From Convolutriloba macropyga (lineage: Eukaryota), in NCBI RefSeq assembly GCF_964194025.1, contig NC_134476.1, positions 54,126,001 through 54,190,000 on the forward strand: DNA of 64,000 nucleotides, in the 5' to 3' direction. Positions 61,227 to 64,000 of this stretch are shown here, in pieces (within the stretch, counting starts at the first letter, position 1; the number at the start of each line of letters is the position of its first letter). The notes under the pieces are model-generated. The model was not told the DNA's origin and made no database searches. It saw only the letters and a program-made list of their open reading frames with translations. Made by a program: the position numbers and the translations under genes.

Positions 61227-61611
61227 TTTTATTTAAAATACTTGGACGTTTGCCAAGTCTTTATTTTATCTAAGATAAATTAAGTGTTTCTGTAAGTACC
61301 AGAGACAACTTTAGATAGTCTAAGAATTACGTCCTCTGGGTACAATTTATTTTTATTTGAGAACTTAGAAATTTTTCTAAGTCTTTTATTAAAGTCAGAT
61401 AACTGACGAAAGATAGAATATTTTAGAAATAGCTGATACAAATTTAACATAGAATTTAAAAATAGTGTTAAGTTCGACTTACTTAAGTCAGAACATAGAA
61501 ATGAGACAACTTGGAAATTTTTCCTAAGTTTTTTGCCTCGCAACAGATTTTATTTAAGTTAAAGATTAAAGTTAAAGTCTTTAAAACATAGAATTTACTA
61601 ACCTTGAGTGA

Positions 61612-61629
61612 GCCTCACTGGTCGCACCA
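61612..61629 (-). other. Primer binding site TGGTGCGACCAGTGAGGC
   Basis: Begins with TGG, 3 nt after the 5' LTR. The complement GAGCCTCAC-N5-GCACCA looks like a tRNA 3' end (Ile-UAU/Met-like T-arm); identity is uncertain. Confidence 0.85.
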
Positions 61630-61632
61630 ATT

Positions 61633-62064
61633 TATACTCGCCGCTTAAATGGGAGTATACAAAGAGAGTTTAACTTTAAAATTCTAAAGACAAAAGGAAT
61701 GGAATTAAAAATTTTATTATAAAAACAGTTAAGGCGGTACAGTATGAATAATGAGTTAAGCAATATCGATATCATATGTTTACTTTATCAATCTATTGAG
61801 CAAGTGTGTGGTGACAATTGAAGAGAGGAATATCAGATGGCTAACTAAATTGGAATTGAAGTGAACAAATGGTTGAAGTGAACGATACTGAATAACTGAA
61901 TAACTGGTTGATATAAAAACTAGCTTCCTATATATAGTCAGCAAAGTGGGAATTAATTTCCCATATTTTTAAAAGTGGGATAAAACATCCCATATTAGTT
62001 TTTGGGATAAAAGTTCCCATTTTATTTTTGGGATAAAAGTTCCCATTTTCTCATTTTCAGTACA
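61633..62064 (-). promoter_or_regulatory. 5' LTR: four TGGGA-N7-TCCCA palindromes, TATATATAG at 61936 and Inr-like CCAGTT (+1 at 61905)
   Basis: Palindromes at 61947, 61976, 62003 and 62029. The TATA box is 31 nt upstream of the Inr A. Confidence 0.85.
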
Positions 62065-62733
62065 TAATAATTGCTTCCTGAGGTCAATAATCGTAGTTTC
62101 TGGTTGGTTTACTCCTGTACACGCGAGTGCACTCGGAACTCATAAATAAGTTCGAAAGAAGGCAATATTTGGTTCTCAGTTGTTGCAAATGGATTTGTGT
62201 GATGCGTGACACGGTTATTTACCATGTTCAGTTTCATGAGACGATGACTGGCCCAAGGGGGATTTTTGTTCCGGTGACTCTAATTTATGTACAAACGCTA
62301 CCTTCGTTGAGCTTTAACTATTAAATTTTCTGTCACAATTTGTAAATGATTTGTGACAATTTAGTATTGCCAGTTATGATTGGAAGACTGAATTTTTGTG
62401 CTCTTTATGTCTGCATGGGGCTTTGTTACAATTAGTTTAAATTAAAATTGTGCTAATGCTGCCCTTCAGCATTTTATGTGTCCCAAAGTTGGAGTTTGTA
62501 TTTTAATAGTAAAGATTTGAATCCATTTTCAGAGGATTTCTGCTTGTTTGATAGCCAATGAAACGAGATTTGATTGCCGAAAATTATGTTGCCTCCGAAA
62601 ATAACTTATTATTGCAGCAACTAAAACCAATTGTGACGCTTTATGCAAATTTTAGATAAATTGTATGCGGATAATTTTGTTTCATCTGCATTTTCTGACT
62701 ATAAACATCCAAGAAGGCGTTGTTTTTTTGCAG

Positions 62734-62854
62734 GTGAACAGACTTGCGCACATTTTGCAGCGTGAGCTGAATGTGGGGAAGGGTGACCGAGTTCTCATCT
62801 ATCTCCCAATGATACCAGAAGCTGTCATCACTATGCTTGCGTGTGCTAGAATAG
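62734..62854 (+). CDS. ACSS3: ACSS3-like coding exon 4
   Basis: cag|VNRLA...[26 protein letters not shown]|gt. Confidence 0.95.
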
Positions 62855-63065
62855 GTACTGCTAGTTCTACTGTTACAGTATATCAATAATCAAACTATTA
62901 AATTGCTCTCAACGAATTAATTTGCTCTCGTATAGTTAATTTTTCTCCTATGTTTTGTTTTCCTTCGTCATTTCTCATTAAATCATGTTTTCATTGGTTG
63001 CGGAAAAAATGCTCAATTTCTCAAAAGCTTCCTTCTTGACAGCTTCATACAATGTTCTTTTCCAG

Positions 63066-63271
63066 GCGCTGTTCACTCGTTAGTGTTTGGTGGATTTGCC
63101 TCTCGGGAACTTTCTACGAGAATTGACCATGCACAGCCTAAAGTGGTTGTGTCTGCTTCATACGGGATCGAACCTACTCGCAAAGTGAACTACAAAGTGT
63201 TCCTTAACAATGCCCTGTCTTCTGCGAAGCACAAGGTGGACAAGTGTATCATTTATCAGCGACCAGAACTG
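63066..63271 (+). CDS. ACSS3: ACSS3-like coding exon 5 (gene continues beyond the window)
   Basis: AVHSLVFGGFASRELSTRIDHAQPKVVVSASYGIEP is the ACSS3/PrpE-type signature. Confidence 0.95.
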
Positions 63272-63543
63272 GTAATTTTTCATACTTTGCAATTAAATTT
63301 TGAAGGCTAAAGTTTGCGCTAATTCGAACATCTCAGTAAGTTAATTACCATTTTGCACATTTTTCACCTTTGGGAGTAATTAGAAGCATACTGGTCGCTT
63401 CGGAGTGGCTTCTGAGAATCTAATGACGATGCAAATTTTTTTCGCATCGCTAAGCTCTTCTTTTTTGAAATGTCAATGTCATATGATGTGAGATTTACAT
63501 TGTGGAAATTTCTAACCATCTGCACCATGTGTTTGTAGTTTGG

Positions 63544-63945
63544 AATTGCTCTCAAACAAAGTTTGTAGAAATTATATTAGTACTGTGGTCTTTTTTATTC
63601 GATTATTCGCCTGACCGATCTTTTGCTTCACCCTATTGACTTTTCGTCCTCAAAAACGGGATAAACATGTAGCGCCCAGAGGGCGTTAAGTGCTCTTGGA
63701 TCCTCTCAACTCATTGGTCTCCAAGTATGCGATTCACAGAAACTGTTTGAGATTCACAGAAACTGTTTTGGAGACGTATACTCATGGTGGGAAGGGTGCT
63801 ACTTACGAGTTTGACCCCCCGCTGCGCTCACCTCACGCCCCATCAATTCAGCTAAAGCGAGCCCCACTAAACTGTAGCTAGCTACTGACGCTTGCCGCTC
63901 GCCGGTAGATTGAGAGCAATTCGCGCGACATTAGTCGGCTTTGCT
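63544..63945 (+). mobile_element. HINE/DINE-1-like repeat, copy 3
   Basis: aattgctctcaa (63544) and ttgagagcaatt (63910) form a 12 bp subterminal inverted repeat, followed by a short hairpin. Same core as the other copies. Confidence 0.65.
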
Positions 63946-64000
63946 TAGATTTTCGATTTTAGTTTATCTTTTTTGTTTCACATTACGTATATACGCTTAA

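Larger units (their letters stand above)
50043..62064 (-). mobile_element. Full-length env-bearing Ty3/Gypsy LTR retrotransposon (12,022 bp), antisense in ACSS3 intron 3
   Basis: 432 bp LTRs at both ends, TAAT TSD (50039-42 and 62065-68), PBS, gag, pol in PR-RT-RH-IN order, env and a 3' accessory ORF. Confidence 0.97.

Noticed and set aside
47224-63271. Bacterial prpE/acs horizontal transfer
   Set aside because: The gene has spliceosomal introns and an ACSS3-type sequence, i.e. an ordinary metazoan gene.

Overview
AT-rich eukaryotic (metazoan-like) genomic DNA with spliceosomal introns and a heavy load of mobile elements. Two host genes lie on the + strand: a complete 3-coding-exon WIPI1/2 (Atg18) PROPPIN gene (21770-35183) and the first five coding exons of an ACSS3-like acyl-CoA synthetase (42741 to beyond the window), which has a GC-AG intron and a duplicated first coding exon. 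The first 14 kb is a recent 3 x ~4.3 kb tandem array with templated-insertion junctions. WIPI intron 1 holds a solo LTR split by an intact CR1-group LINE, a Polinton-like fragment, a decayed Crypton-type tyrosine recombinase element and HINE-like repeats. The main result is a young 12.0 kb Ty3/Gypsy element (50043-62064, - strand, LTRs differ at 1/432 nt, TAAT TSD) in ACSS3 intron 3. It has gag, a -1 frameshifted pol carrying a TARG1/OARD1-like macrodomain, and a chuvirus-like class III fusion env. The sequence also suggests a 'complex retrovirus' organisation: (i) a splice donor behind the PBS and an acceptor 1 nt before the env ATG; (ii) an internal TATA+Inr promoter between pol and env that shares TGGGA-N7-TCCCA palindromes with the LTR U3; (iii) a predicted spliced 233-aa accessory protein (acidic N-terminus, C-terminal leucine zipper) whose intron contains the whole env gene. 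This is a candidate self-encoded transactivator circuit. All family assignments are by eye from motifs; no searches were run.
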